DNA of 61,647 bases, filler included, from Choristocarpus tenellus KU-1152 (lineage: Eukaryota; Protista; Phaeophyceae), in the NCBI GenBank assembly GCA_964200185.2. It is 10 parts of 10 records of this genome, joined end to end, with 100 filler letters (N's around TTAATTAATTAA, not from the genome) between each part and the next. Parts side by side here need not be neighbours in the genome. Positions count along the whole stretch, not along the records: positions 13,544 to 30,862 come from CAXNAD020000688.1; positions 30,963 to 33,918 come from CAXNAD020023374.1; positions 34,019 to 41,666 come from CAXNAD020005818.1; 7 more parts are not named here. One strand, given 5' to 3'. Below are positions 26,851 through 38,701 of the stretch, in pieces; position 1 is the first letter of the stretch, and each line of letters opens with the position of its first letter. Made by a program: the position numbers and the translations under genes. Under the pieces are notes generated by a model that ran no database searches, was not told where the DNA came from, and saw only the letters and a list, made by a program, of their open reading frames with translations.

Positions 26851-27783
26851 CTACATGGGGGACGGAGGAGAGAAGGGCGCAGTCAGAAATTTGGGTAAGA
26901 GATACAGACCAATGACGTCATGATCAGTATGAGAGTGCGAACCTAACACAACAGTCTGCCCCTATCAATCCCCAATGAACCATACAAACTCGTAAGAACT
27001 GGTAAAGTCCAAAAAGACCACATCGCTAATATGTGGTAGTTCACTCAAAGAATGAGACGTGGACAAGTATCGGAAATTTTGCTAGGATGCTCAGATGAAA
27101 TTGCCTCATGATCCCCAACGGATGGCACAAATGATAGGATGTTGATGTGATTGACGTTCAGGAGATACCTGATGGAACAAATGCCTCAACCTGCAAACAG
27201 CCAGCCAGCAAGACCACTATCGCGTACTTCATCTGAAAGATGTGGTCTGACCGTACTACTGTTGAATGTTATGGTATGTGGTCTGTATGTGGTCTATGGT
27301 CTTATCCACTTTGATGAAGTTGACCTTGAAGCCTCTGAAATCAAGATCTATTTTCTATTTGTGGTAGGTTAGAAACAAAAGAATGAAATACCATCTTGGT
27401 CATACTTCTTTTTTAGTACAAACGACACATTTACAATTAGTACCAACACATTTTGTCATATTCAACAAAAATAAAAACTGACTACTTTTCAAACATTTTG
27501 AAACCGTGTGATGGTTGTTTGATGAGGAACGATCAACTAGAGTGGAGGGTCGAGTAATATACCATTGTGTTACGTTACTGTGTTCATGTTGTCAATTCTA
27601 AAACAAAACAAATGTGGATATAGTTGTGTTCAGGCTGAGGTAGAGGGGTGGCAAACTCATGTATGGGGCATATGAGATACCTATTGTTCCCTCACAATGG
27701 GGAACAAGAGCTCGAAGGTCAAAAGAAAGGCCAACACGAAGAACACTACAGTGAGTGCAAGGTAGTAGAAGCCAGGAATACTA

Positions 27784-29076
27784 GTGTGGATGGGACTCTC
27801 TATCCAACAACTCCTCCATGGGTTCCCTATCAAGGAGTATCCCCGACTTTGTTTACATCTTTTGGTCTTCTTTCAACATTCGTCTTACTTTTGTTCGCTT
27901 GAACAGGGTAACGCAAAAATAATCGTTCCATCGGTCAACAGAAGAAGGAAGCCATCCACCGTTGTACCTGAGGAAGAAGCACTTGACGTGCAAGATGGGC
28001 TCACCGATGGAAATCAACCACAACCCACAGGCATTCAATACGAAAACTGCCGAAAAGGAAAAATTGAGGAACGATTTGAGGTAGTTCAAAATGGGAGTGG
28101 TGTCGATGGTGCTGTCAGCCTCTGTCCAGAAAAAGGAATGGAGAGTCAGTCCAAGGAAAACCTTGGACTCGAAACTGGGACGACATTTCTACCTGGTGCC
28201 ACACCAACCTTGGAGAATACGCCGTCCTTGCTAAACAGCTGTATTTCTCATGAAGATGACAGCTCCCCTAAAGTTACAGGTCGACCACCATCTGGGGGTG
28301 ATGCCATTGTCGACTGTGAGGCCAACCGAGGCCAGAGATACTTAGGAGTCCATCCGGACTGTCTCAATGAAATCCACCAGTTAAAACGTAGCCCAGAAAA
28401 GGAGGGGGAAATCAACACGTCAAGAGAAGAAAGGGGTGTGACTGTGGCTGATTCAGGGGTGACTTTCACCACCCCCGGATACCACTCCATCTCGTCCTCA
28501 AGCAGCAGCAGAGATGGGAACTTCGGTGTGAAAATGGGTGGGAACTCTGCAACAGGAACGAAAGAAGAGGTTGAGGGAGCGTCACACAACCAAGGAACCC
28601 TCAAGATTATTACCCAAGGAAACCTTGTGCCATCCATAAATCCCTCACATTTTCCAACCACCCCAGATTACTCATCATTCTCAGAGGACTCAGACAATGG
28701 GTTCAGTGACGTATCTAACTATGAAATTATCCAAAGGGAGGATAGCAAAGGAGAAAAAGATCATGGGGGTTCTATGGGATGTACAACAGGGAAGGCTGGG
28801 GATGGTGGGGTGGACAAAGACGACATGTGGGACTTTGGTGATGACAGTGGTGGAGAAAAGGACAAGGAACAGGAAATTGGGAAGGGGGCTCTCAGGGAGG
28901 TTGTGAAACGTCCTGAGCTAGCTGGAAGAGTGCAAATAGACAAGTTTGGGCGAAGAGAAATCACAACAGGAAGGTGCGCAAAGAATTGGCTTCATTCCCA
29001 TACACCAACAGATACCAATGTTGTGAGTGACCTCCAATGTGTAGAATTCACAACCTCCTATTGGTGTAGTCCATAG
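27784..29076 (+). CDS. Large exon (probably 27907-28972) of an unknown low-complexity S/G/E/D-rich protein
   Basis: 430-codon ORF; polypyrimidine acceptor ending GAACAG at 27906 and candidate donor AAG|GTGCGC near 28972; no recognisable domain. Confidence 0.55.
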   Translation: MWMGLSIQQLLHGFPIKEYPRLCLHLLVFFQHSSYFCSLEQGNAKIIVPSVNRRRKPSTVVPEEEALDVQDGLTDGNQPQPTGIQYENCRKGKIEERFEVVQNGSGVDGAVSLCPEKGMESQSKENLGLETGTTFLPGATPTLENTPSLLNSCISHEDDSSPKVTGRPPSGGDAIVDCEANRGQRYLGVHPDCLNEIHQLKRSPEKEGEINTSREERGVTVADSGVTFTTPGYHSISSSSSSRDGNFGVKMGGNSATGTKEEVEGASHNQGTLKIITQGNLVPSINPSHFPTTPDYSSFSEDSDNGFSDVSNYEIIQREDSKGEKDHGGSMGCTTGKAGDGGVDKDDMWDFGDDSGGEKDKEQEIGKGALREVVKRPELAGRVQIDKFGRREITTGRCAKNWLHSHTPTDTNVVSDLQCVEFTTSYWCSP

Positions 29077-30154
29077 ATGTATAGAAGCTATGATGGAATA
29101 CTACCTGTTGTAATGTCACAGATATACTTGCAGTAACTTCACAATCCCATTACAATCCATAGCATGTACATGTTAGCAAACAAATAATCTGATGAGACTG
29201 CCCCAAGAGCGTAACGTATTTGGTTCAATAATCACTCCAACGAAAGAAATGGTACTGACAGTAAAGGCTGTTTCACTTTTTAGATGTTTCAAAAGAGAGG
29301 TCATTATTACTCCACCAACTCTCTGTTGTTCTTTGCCTTGACTTCCCTAAGTTCCTACAATACAGTGCAGTACAAGTACAGGAGTATAAGTAGTGTTTGA
29401 ATAAGTTCCTGCTGCAAGAGTGCAGCCTGCCCTTGGAGTACACTCACTTCACCAGAGATTAATAAATAGTATTCTATCTTACCAGTGAGAAAATAATCGT
29501 CATTGAGCTGTTCAAGCTGCCCAATAATACATACTCTGTACTACTAGCAAAGTCCTGTGAGACACTATTGCATAGGCAATAATGTAGTGAACAAAAAGGG
29601 TATACCCCCTGTCCTACGTTCAAAGGGAGCACACATCTTAGATCACAAAGGGGTACACTCCTAGGGACCTTTCTGGGTGTATGTGTATAACGTACAACCC
29701 CTTATCCGACCATCCGAATTGCTTCAATATCCACAGGTGAATAGGTATGTTGGCAACGCAATATTCAACACGTTTCCTAAAGGTTTTGGCATGTTTCATT
29801 TGAGAATTAAATCAACGAAAGGTCATTGAGAGTTCACCGGGTGTATTCAAGGGGAACCGGTGCAGTGACATCATTGTCCATGTGAGACTTTCTCATGTGT
29901 CATATAAAACAATCAGGTCCCATTCTTGAACGGACGATTGTACTAGGAACTTATTCCAACTTAATTCCTTACAGATGTTCTATGTTTCTAACAGCAAGAA
30001 CTAACCTCAACCCTAAACTCAAATGGGTGGGTTACTGTTAACTCAGGTGCCAGGGTGTAAGACCTCGAACAATACTCTCTTCCTCTCGACTGCACAAAGA
30101 AAGAACAATTATTAGATTTCATTGGCAGAACAATTTTTCCTGGTGAATGTCTCT

Positions 30155-30721
30155 GATCCAAAGCATTTCATAGGGTGGTTTCATAGTGTGGTTTCATAGG
30201 GTGGTTTCATAGGGTGGTTTCATAGTGTGGTTTCATAGGGTGGTTTCATAGTGTGGTTTCATAGTGTGGTTTCATAGGGTGGTTTCATAGTGTGGTTTCA
30301 TAGGGTGGTTTCATAGTGTGGTTTCATAGGGTGGTTTCATAGGGTGGTTTCATAGGGTGGTTTCATAGGGTGGTTTCATAGGGTGGTTTCATAGTGTGGT
30401 TTCATAGGGTGGTTTCATAGGGTGGTTTCATAGTGTGGTTTCATAGTGTGGTTTCATAGTGTGGGTGTTTACCCCTGTTTGTCCGTTCAGGGCTTGACTT
30501 CCCTTTTTTTTTTATGCCCTTTTTTCAGTGTTCTGTGAACAAAGTTTCCTAATCCGAAACATTTAGGAGTAGGTCAAATGTACATAACTATGAAAGGTGT
30601 GTCTGGAGCAAGGATATTGACACTTGCTAACAAACACGATAGTCAAAATTACATCGAAATTGCAACATTGGATTTATAACGCCAAACGGATGCGGCTCTA
30701 TCCTCTTAAATGCTTTGGATC
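30155..30721. mobile_element. MITE family A variant with a minisatellite in its left TIR
   Basis: GATCCAAAGCATTT (30155) / AAATGCTTTGGATC (to 30721); body 30465-30721 matches family A. Confidence 0.82.
30166..30464. repeat. 13-bp minisatellite TTTCATAG(G/T)GTGG x23
   Basis: 299 bp = 23 units, varying only at position 9. Confidence 0.95.
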
Positions 30722-30810
30722 TCTGAAAGGAAACACATAGGGCGATCAATATGATCTCTCACAAGCCACTACCTAGCAAGTATTCCACAAGAAATTTCCA
30801 AGACAAGGAT

Positions 30811-30862
30811 GGGCTCAAAGTATCTGGGAGGGGGTGGCGGCTGTCCATTTGGGGTCAATTTT
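30811..30862. mobile_element. MITE family B end at contig edge
   Basis: GGGCTCAAAGTATCTGGGAGGGGGTGGCGGCTGTCCATTTGGGGTC resembles the reverse complement of the right end of 36045-36213. Confidence 0.8.
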
Positions 30863-33800
30863 NNNNNNNNNNNNNNNNNNNNNNNNNNNNNNNNNNNNNN
30901 NNNNNNTTAATTAATTAANNNNNNNNNNNNNNNNNNNNNNNNNNNNNNNNNNNNNNNNNNNNAAAGGGAAATTCATTAAAGAAACTTCAACGACAGGGTC
31001 AAATTTTGTACAGACTTCAGGGGGGGGGGGGGCGTTCTTGCGTTTTTGAAGGCGATTTTAAAGTATCTGTATTGTCGCGTAAAAGGTTGTGTATTGAATC
31101 AACAAGTTGTGACCAATATATATATATATATACCTTTTTTTGTCACCATTTTGTTGTGATTTAGGTGATCTCTTTCTGTCGATCTAAAGTTTGTACATTC
31201 AATGCATCAACTCGTCATCTTTGCAGTGTCCCTGCCTGTCCTCGTGATCACGTGTTTTTTTTCTTAAATCACAATGCAACACGCCTTCCTAACCCTTCGT
31301 CTCTAATCACCGTCCCTCTTCCCACAGTTTGCTAACATTCCTCGTGAGTTGGATATTGACATGTCACCAGCAGCTGAGGGTAAGATGGCCAAGGGTGGGC
31401 AGGTGCTGGTCGATTTGGCCACCAAGCAAGTATACTGAGCAGAATACTGAGCAGACTAGAGGTCCTTTCCTAGAGATTAGTCTATGATGGATTGGTTGTT
31501 GCCTGCTAACACAAACACACTATGAGCAACAAATGCCTTGGGTCCTCCCGAGATTTTTCGCATCTCAATCTTCCGGGTGGCGTTGATGCAAAAAAAAAAT
31601 GGAGACCTGTTCTCTTGGCGAGGTTTTCATGGTGTGATGAAGGCATTTGTTTTATTGCCATGGACTGTTAGCTCTACACCACAGTTGTGGTGATACATTT
31701 TTTTGGTCTTGAGATTGGAAGCGGGTAGATGTGAGTTGAGTTTGCAAACACACTGCAGCTATTAGTGTATCAGTTTTCATGGAAGATTGACCTTGCTGAG
31801 AGTGTGGGTTATGAGTCAGCAAAAAACCTGAAAAAGTCTGAAAGTATGAAGTTGTTATGGACTGGACTGCACTTCCTCATACAGAGTGGTATCTCTTCTA
31901 ACACAGGTGTTACAAGGGTTCCCAAGATGCTCCTAGAATAGCACCAGATGAATGATGTAACTTGATACCTGACCCTGCATACTGTGTCTTGGGATGTGTT
32001 GCTTGGCCATCGGTCAAGAGGTATTGTCTGCATTATGTCACAAAATGCCCCTCCCCTACCTGTACCTTAATTTGTCTCATGTCCTAACTTCATCATCACC
32101 CATGTCCTTGCAAGCCTATGTTCTACATTGTGAGTCAGAAAGTGTCGCCCAGTCACAGGGTTTCAGCATCACCTCCATAGCATACATTCCCAAGGCTGAT
32201 ACTTCACAACATTTGCATGTATGGCATGTATGTGACTCAGTCACCTATGTTGACAAAGATACACATATGTTGGGGGGTTTTGTGCAGATTTTGATGTTTT
32301 TTTATGGACTATTGTATGTATTGCCCAGATTCACTTACTAGTTGCTTTGAAGTGGTTAATTTGCAGGTCAATTATCCCAAAATTCCCAAAATTGGTCCAT
32401 TCTGCTGGTTTTCTTCCCTCCGACAGAATACTTAGGAGGAGTCACATGCTTGCCACATTGGGAAACCAGAACACATCCCACCTTTGGATTTGACACAAAC
32501 AGCACTGCAGATTGTAGAACTACTATATTTGCATTATTGACTTATTGACTTGGCTGACACTTGAACGCTCTCGAAGGTACAAACGTACTCAATTTTTTTT
32601 TATTTTCATTTCATAAGTTTTCGTAATACTTGGTGTGGATTATTACTTCAATTAAATCCAGAACAATGAAGTGAAGGTTAATTATGTAAACAGAGTAGAG
32701 TAGGTGCACAAAAGTCAGTTCTCAGTTATTGTTTGATTTTGGCAAACTCTACTCTTTCTTGCCCTTAGAGACACAATCAGTTACCAAGTGAAACACATCC
32801 CACTGTTAGCGGCTGGACAAGTAAGTGCAGAGCTAAACTCAAAGCCATCAGGTTAGAGAGTGATCCTGCCATTATGAGGGGGCAAGGCTGATTCAATTAA
32901 TACCCACTTCAAAAAACCCCATACAAACTACACTAATATTGCATGCTACAAGTTAAGTTACATTATTGTTATCATGTGCATGAATTGGAAGCACTCTCCA
33001 GGGCCAGGAAAAAGCCTTCAAGAATCCATCCTTGACCAACAAGCTGTCCCCACTTCCACACTGGAGGTTTGGGAATTTGTAAACCATGAAGAAAGTACTT
33101 TTTGTTTCACTTTCCGATATCTCATACACCACCTAAAAAAATGGAAGATGGAAATTTTTGAGGGACATGGTCTCCTTGTGGTGTCATTCTTAGTCATGAT
33201 GTGACTAGTAATGGATACATATTTTAGATAAGAATCTACTAATATAATCTATGAAGAGCGGATAGCATGGGAAGGGTCTTCCTACTGACTTCAGACTTAT
33301 CACTACTGTTTTCACTTCAGTATGTATTTTTCAAGACTTTTTGATCAATCCTTGGTTTTGCAATGACTCACCTGAAAAGGTTGTTTAGTTCAGTCTTGTC
33401 GTGAATGGATAAGAAATCACATGGAGAAGCAATTGATGTATTGGTCCAAAAGTCTCAATGCAGTGAGTACCATGATGTGGATATTGGGGAATGACAAGAT
33501 TCACAAGTTTTTCATTGAAGAGAAAAGGAGGATATTCAACCAATCATAAGCTTTGTCCTGATGACTTGAACTACTCTATTTTTTTTAATTATGTAACAAA
33601 TCAACTCATTAAATTAAAAACGCTCATTGATAATACGCTTGTATTCAATTGAAGTGTGAAATCAATGCTTATTATCAACGACTATTTTTAAATAAAAAAA
33701 TGTTGTACCTACTACTACAGTTGTTGTATTACTAAAATGCAACTACGAAAAACAATTTTTCATTTCGAAAATAGAATGTGTGGTTAAATCTCGACAAAGA

Positions 33801-34018
33801 TAGGAGCCCCAGAATATTGTCAACTGCTCTTCATTTGGTATATAATTCATGTACTTTTTTTGCTGGTGAAGATTGGAGGTTGTTGATTTATTATAGGGAA
33901 AAAATATTTCTCCAATTCNNNNNNNNNNNNNNNNNNNNNNNNNNNNNNNNNNNNNNNNNNNNTTAATTAATTAANNNNNNNNNNNNNNNNNNNNNNNNNN
34001 NNNNNNNNNNNNNNNNNN

Positions 34019-34046
34019 GTACAATTCCCGCCGAGGGTTGGTTCTT
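34019..34046 (+). pseudogene. 3' fragment of a second tRNA-Arg copy, inverted, at contig edge
   Basis: ATTCCCGCCGAGGGTTGGTTCTT is identical to the 3' end and trailer of the tRNA at 34218-34290; T-loop altered (GTACAAT). Confidence 0.65.
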
Positions 34047-34217
34047 AACGTTAGAATGGAGTCTCGTTTTAGATTACCCACTTTGAAAATCCAGACTGGT
34101 CTTACTGGTCTTACGATCACAGGTTCTGGTGGAGAAGGACATTTGCCACTTCTATTATCCAAACAACATGTCCCTATCACTCTGCTTCTCATCATGAGAC
34201 AACAAAAAAGAAGAACC

Positions 34218-34290
34218 AACCCTCGGCGGGAATCGAACCCGCAATCTCACGCTTCGTAGGCGTACGCCTTATCCATTGGGCCACGAGGGC
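34218..34290 (-). tRNA. trnR-ACG: tRNA-Arg, anticodon ACG
   Basis: Cloverleaf: acceptor GCCCTCG/CGAGGGT, D-arm with AATGGATA, anticodon arm TACGC-CTACGAA-GCGTG, T-arm GCGGG-TTCGATT-CCCGC. Confidence 0.95.
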
Positions 34291-34514
34291 CGACCCAATA
34301 ACCATACTGATCTTTTCTGATATTATCCAATGTCTAGAACGACTCCAGCACAAAGGTGGATGAAACACCCAAGTTTTCTGTTAGGTCACAAACTCACATG
34401 CATCAAACAACTCTGATCTCAACATGACAGCGTTAGTGTGGAATAGCCAACAGCACGAAGTTCATCCCTTGTACAAACTGAAACTGGTAGAAAACTCCAA
34501 CCGCAAAGAATTCA

Positions 34515-34587
34515 AACTCTCCTCCACATTGAACGGACAGTAATACACTTTGCAGGCGTTCGCCTTATCCATTGGATCAAGACTGCT
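34515..34587 (-). pseudogene. Decayed tRNA-Arg copy
   Basis: Shares AGGCGT.CGCCTTATCCATTGG with the intact gene; flank motif TTAGGTCACAAACT is also duplicated (34381, 34682). Confidence 0.6.
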
Positions 34588-35479
34588 GAAAAGGCAAAGA
34601 ATACCGTGCTTTCACTCATATCACCCATTATCGACAATGAATCAGGACTAAGATAAGGACATCGAACAGAACAAAGGTCTATTAGGTCACAAACTTGTAC
34701 ATCACACATCTAATCTACAACAACTTTAGGTGTGAACACTCCCTTACTTAGGCACCTTAACACTCCAGATTGACTGCATCATCGAGTTCATCATACACCA
34801 GCAGAAGCTTCGACTTCCTCTCTTCTCGGAGAATGGCCCAACATCGCCACCATACAAGTCCGATTCTCCTTCCCTCTTAAGATGTGTCTTTACGCGAAGT
34901 GCCACAAGATAATACACACCTACAGAGTCACGCCCTTCCTTCTCTTTCATACGACATCCTTGACAAAGGAATAACTTTCCTCGCGGAGCACCTTATCCCT
35001 CAACATCGAGTTCACATACACATCTTAACTCCTCCAAAGCCCGATTGGCAACATCATCAGCACAGTCAGACTGCGAGAACAAGGTTGGTGCGGCACCCAA
35101 TCCATCAAATGATCAGCAGGTCTCAATCTCAAAGTTTTTATATGCTCAGGCCCTCCCTTTTGATATCTCCATTTGCAACGCGAACAATGCCGTTTGAGTG
35201 CTAGACTCGGCAATATAAGTACCACACAACACTGTTAAAATACAAAACGTTAGAAATTAAGCTGTTGTTTCTGACATATCATTTCCTGGGGCTGGAGTTG
35301 CCCTCATTCCCGCAAGCTGTTCCTCCACAGATGGGCTAGTAGCTCCCACCAGTATCAACATTTTAAGGGATGAAGTGACCTCCACCCCTACATAGTGTGT
35401 TATGGCTGCAATGTTCTTTGTTCACGATCAACCTTTTCCAGTTGTGTTACTGTAATACGGAGGGGTTTATACCAACCAG

Positions 35480-35736
35480 GACCCAAAGCATTTGAGAGGG
35501 TAGGCCGAGTCCGTTTGGGGCCATAAATCCAATGTTGCGATTTTGATTCATTTTTCTTTCGTGTTTATTAGCAAGTGTCGATATCCTTCCTCCCGACAAA
35601 CCTTTCATAGTAGTAAACATTTTTAGGTAACCGTTTTTACACAGAAAAACGAAAAAGGGCATAGAAACCCGTGGGAAGCCAAGTCCCGAACAGACAAACA
35701 GGATAAAACTCCTACCCTCGCAAATGCTTTGAACTC
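35480..35736. mobile_element. MITE family A variant (AAAGCATTT-type TIR)
   Basis: GACCCAAAGCATTTGAGAGGGTAG ... CTACCCTCGCAAATGCTTTGAACTC. Confidence 0.82.
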
Positions 35737-35912
35737 TGGTCTACAGGTTTTGAAAAGGGTTCTGATTACATGCATGAGGCAAGTCCCACCTGAGTGGCTT
35801 GAGCCAGTCCTCTGTATACCTGAGAACATACACCATTTCAGCACCGATAAATAACTGATGTTGATGGGATAACGTACTGGGCTGCTCGAGTGTGTAGGCA
35901 AATGATGATGCT

Positions 35913-36044
35913 AGTGAAAGAATCTTGGAGGGGGGCACACGAGGTTTTCCCTGTTTGTCCATCCGGGGCTTGGCTTCCTACGGGTTTTTAATGACATTAA
36001 CCTACTCCAAAATGTTTCGGAGTAGGTAAAATGTATACGATATA
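35913..36044. mobile_element. Half copy of MITE family A abutting a family B copy
   Basis: AGTGAAAGAATCTTGGAGGG...; retains internal hairpin CCTACTCC...GGAGTAGG. Confidence 0.78.
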
Positions 36045-36213
36045 CCCAAAGTATCTGGGGGGGAGTCTACACCAGGGGATCTATTTGGGCCATAACCAGG
36101 AAGGTCCTCTTACATTATCCATCCGACTTATGCAACCAAATCGCCAAAAAATCGTGACATGAAAAAATGGACCCCAAATGGACAGCCGCCACCCCCCCAC
36201 AGATACTTTGGAC
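36045..36213. mobile_element. MITE family B, complete (~170 bp)
   Basis: TIR CCAAAGTATCTGGGGGGG / CCCCCCCACAGATACTTTGG; TATA on both sides (36041-36044, 36214-36217). Confidence 0.85.
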
Positions 36214-36689
36214 TATATAAAAGGTTTCTGGTTTGTAGACTCTGTACGACAGAGCTCTTTTCGTCGAGGCTCGAAGTCAAAACAACCTGCTTCGGTATAG
36301 CTGTCAAACCCTCACGGTATAACAAGGACTCAATGTAGAACTATTGCCTGTAGCAGGACTTGGAGGCGCACATAGTCAAAGCCAGTGGTCCCGTTTCTCT
36401 TCGGCTGTCTTCGTTGTCATCAGCTGCTGTTTTAATTTGAGCACTGCGGTCGCTTACTGTTCTATCAAAGTGAGTTGACCTGGCGCTGAAAAAATGGAGG
36501 TCCTATGAAGACAGGACCTCACAATCTGTTCTCTTTTGAAAGGGAGATCCCCAACCAAACTGGGTCTTAGTGACTTCGTAGGATCCCTGCCCACCCAATT
36601 GTGACATCAGACCGAAGGGGAATCGTACGAGGCTCATAAGCTGTTGAAACCTGATTTGGTTTGAGTTGAGTTGTCGAAGTAGAGGGATT

Positions 36690-37300
36690 TCTAAGCTTCT
36701 GCAGGTTATGTCACCATTCGAATATGCACGAAGAAAACGCCAAATGAGGACCTGCGCAAAAAGTCGTTTGACACATACATCCTTAGGCACTCGCAAGCTG
36801 TGTCCCAACCAGTCCAACTTGCACAAAGAAATCGCCACACGATGTCTTGTGCAAAAAACATTGTCGCCCATCTCCTCTTTGCCCGTTCCAGATACACAAG
36901 TGGTAGTGGATATATTCTTAGGCACATGCAGGTTGTGTCGCCATTTGAATTTGCACCAAGAATTCGCCACAGGATGGCCTACTGCGCAAGATTATTGATA
37001 TGTACCTCCTCTTTGGGAGTTGTTGCGAAAAAGATATTCAGCAGCGATATATATGGATTAGTACCAGCAGGTTGTGTTACCAGTCCAATTTGAGTTAAGG
37101 ATATACATACACTACACGAGGACTTGCACAAAATCATTAGTATGTAGTTCCTTTTTTGCAGTTACAAAACAGGTATTCAGCAGCAGATGTTTTGGCACCT
37201 GCAAGTCATGTCACCAGTCCTATTTACATAAGGACACACATCTATACACAAGGACGTCCGCAAAATCCTTGGCACGTAGTTCGTTTTGGCAGTTACATCA
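36690..37300. repeat. Degenerate tandem repeat, 5 units of ~95-140 bp
   Basis: Motif GGCAC.TGCA(A/G)G.T.TGTCACCA.T..AA.TT...GAGGAC.TGCGCAAAA recurs at ~36695, 36785, 36920, 37060, 37193. Confidence 0.6.
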
Positions 37301-38442
37301 AAGGGAGTACAAAGTAGAAAATACGAAACGTTTATTTCGAAATCGCAGCAACAGTACTTCGAAAAAATCTCCCTGCAGCTTGTTGTTGATGGATTGGCAG
37401 GGAGGGGCTCATTATTAGACACTTCTTCAATGAATGGTAGAACAAAAATGCCGTGTTTGATAACACGACACTATGTGTTCCGGAAAGCATGTCCTCCCAG
37501 GTCAGGCTGTACAAAACGATTGGAGCGCAAAGCGTTCTCTACAGTAAACGGCACTGCAGATAGCTCAGCAAAATAAGTAGTACTTTGTTTACCTGAATAC
37601 CACCATAATGCTCATTTCCATCTCATATTTCTTACAGTGAACCGAGTCACCCACAAGAAACGATAATGGAAATATACACATTTCCACACAGTACAAGAGG
37701 AGTGCAGTTTATGGACTTGGTGTGCATTTGATTAATGGAGACGTGCTTGTTTGTGATGGATGATATTTCAAGAGCAAATTGACACTAATATTAGTGTAAC
37801 AATCAAATATACTATGGAGTAATCTGGCGGTATCCAGAGTTAATTGCAGATAGTTATATGCTGATTGTTCTACAGGGTGCGGATTCAGCTCAAGTTGTGG
37901 GATTAGGTGAATGATTCAACTATTGCAATTATTGCACACTCAATGACATAATTCTTCAGAAGGTAGAAGCTACTGTTTTCATCACCAACTCCATCTAATT
38001 ACCATAGCTCACACAGAAACAGTCAATCCATCATTACTGCCACACAAAATCGACAATTTTTTCTTACGCATGCTGCTGAAACCTACCTGTTGTTGTAATA
38101 ACATTGTGAATATTGCGATTTTTCCCTATCTACAGCAGTGAAGATCCTACCATCCAGCACTCCACTCTTACTCAAACCAACCCGACTCAAACAAACCTCC
38201 AAACACCTCCGCACAAATATCAGGCTATTCACTTCTCTTCTCCCCCTCTTCGACCTATAACCACCAAACCAAATAAGCAATCAGTCACTTATCAAATCCT
38301 AACTATTTCTTGTTGACTTCAAGTCTCCTCCCCCCTCAGATCTCCATTTTCCCGTCTTCTTCTATACATTTTAGCTATTACCATGCCAACAACCTAATCC
38401 CCAGAGCTAGCTTTATGTCGATTGATTTGCTATGCAACTGGT

Positions 38443-38701
38443 GAGTGAAAGTATCTTAGAGGGTACGAGTTTTGCCCTGTTTGTCCGTCTGGGGATTGGC
38501 TTCCAACGTTCTTTTTTTTTACATTTCCTACTCCAAAATATTTCGGAGTAGGTAAAATGTGTACGTTATGAAAAGATGTGTCCGCAACAAGGATATTGAC
38601 ACTTCCTAACAAAAACGATAGCCAGAATTACATCAAAATCACAACATTGGATAGTGACCCCCAAATAGACGCGACTCTACCCTCTAAGATACTTTTGGCT
38701 C
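38443..38701. mobile_element. MITE family A, complete
   Basis: GAGTGAAAGTATCTTAGAGGGTA ... TACCCTCTAAGATACTTTTGGCTC; TSD TGGT (38439-38442, 38702-38705). Confidence 0.92.

Noticed and set aside
30166-30464. CRISPR array or true telomere
   Set aside because: No unique spacers and no cas genes; the array is internal and enclosed by MITE ends.
31327-32520. Exon-like segments as a continuation of the gene at 27784
   Set aside because: Different contig; no recognisable domain and no consistent frame could be established.
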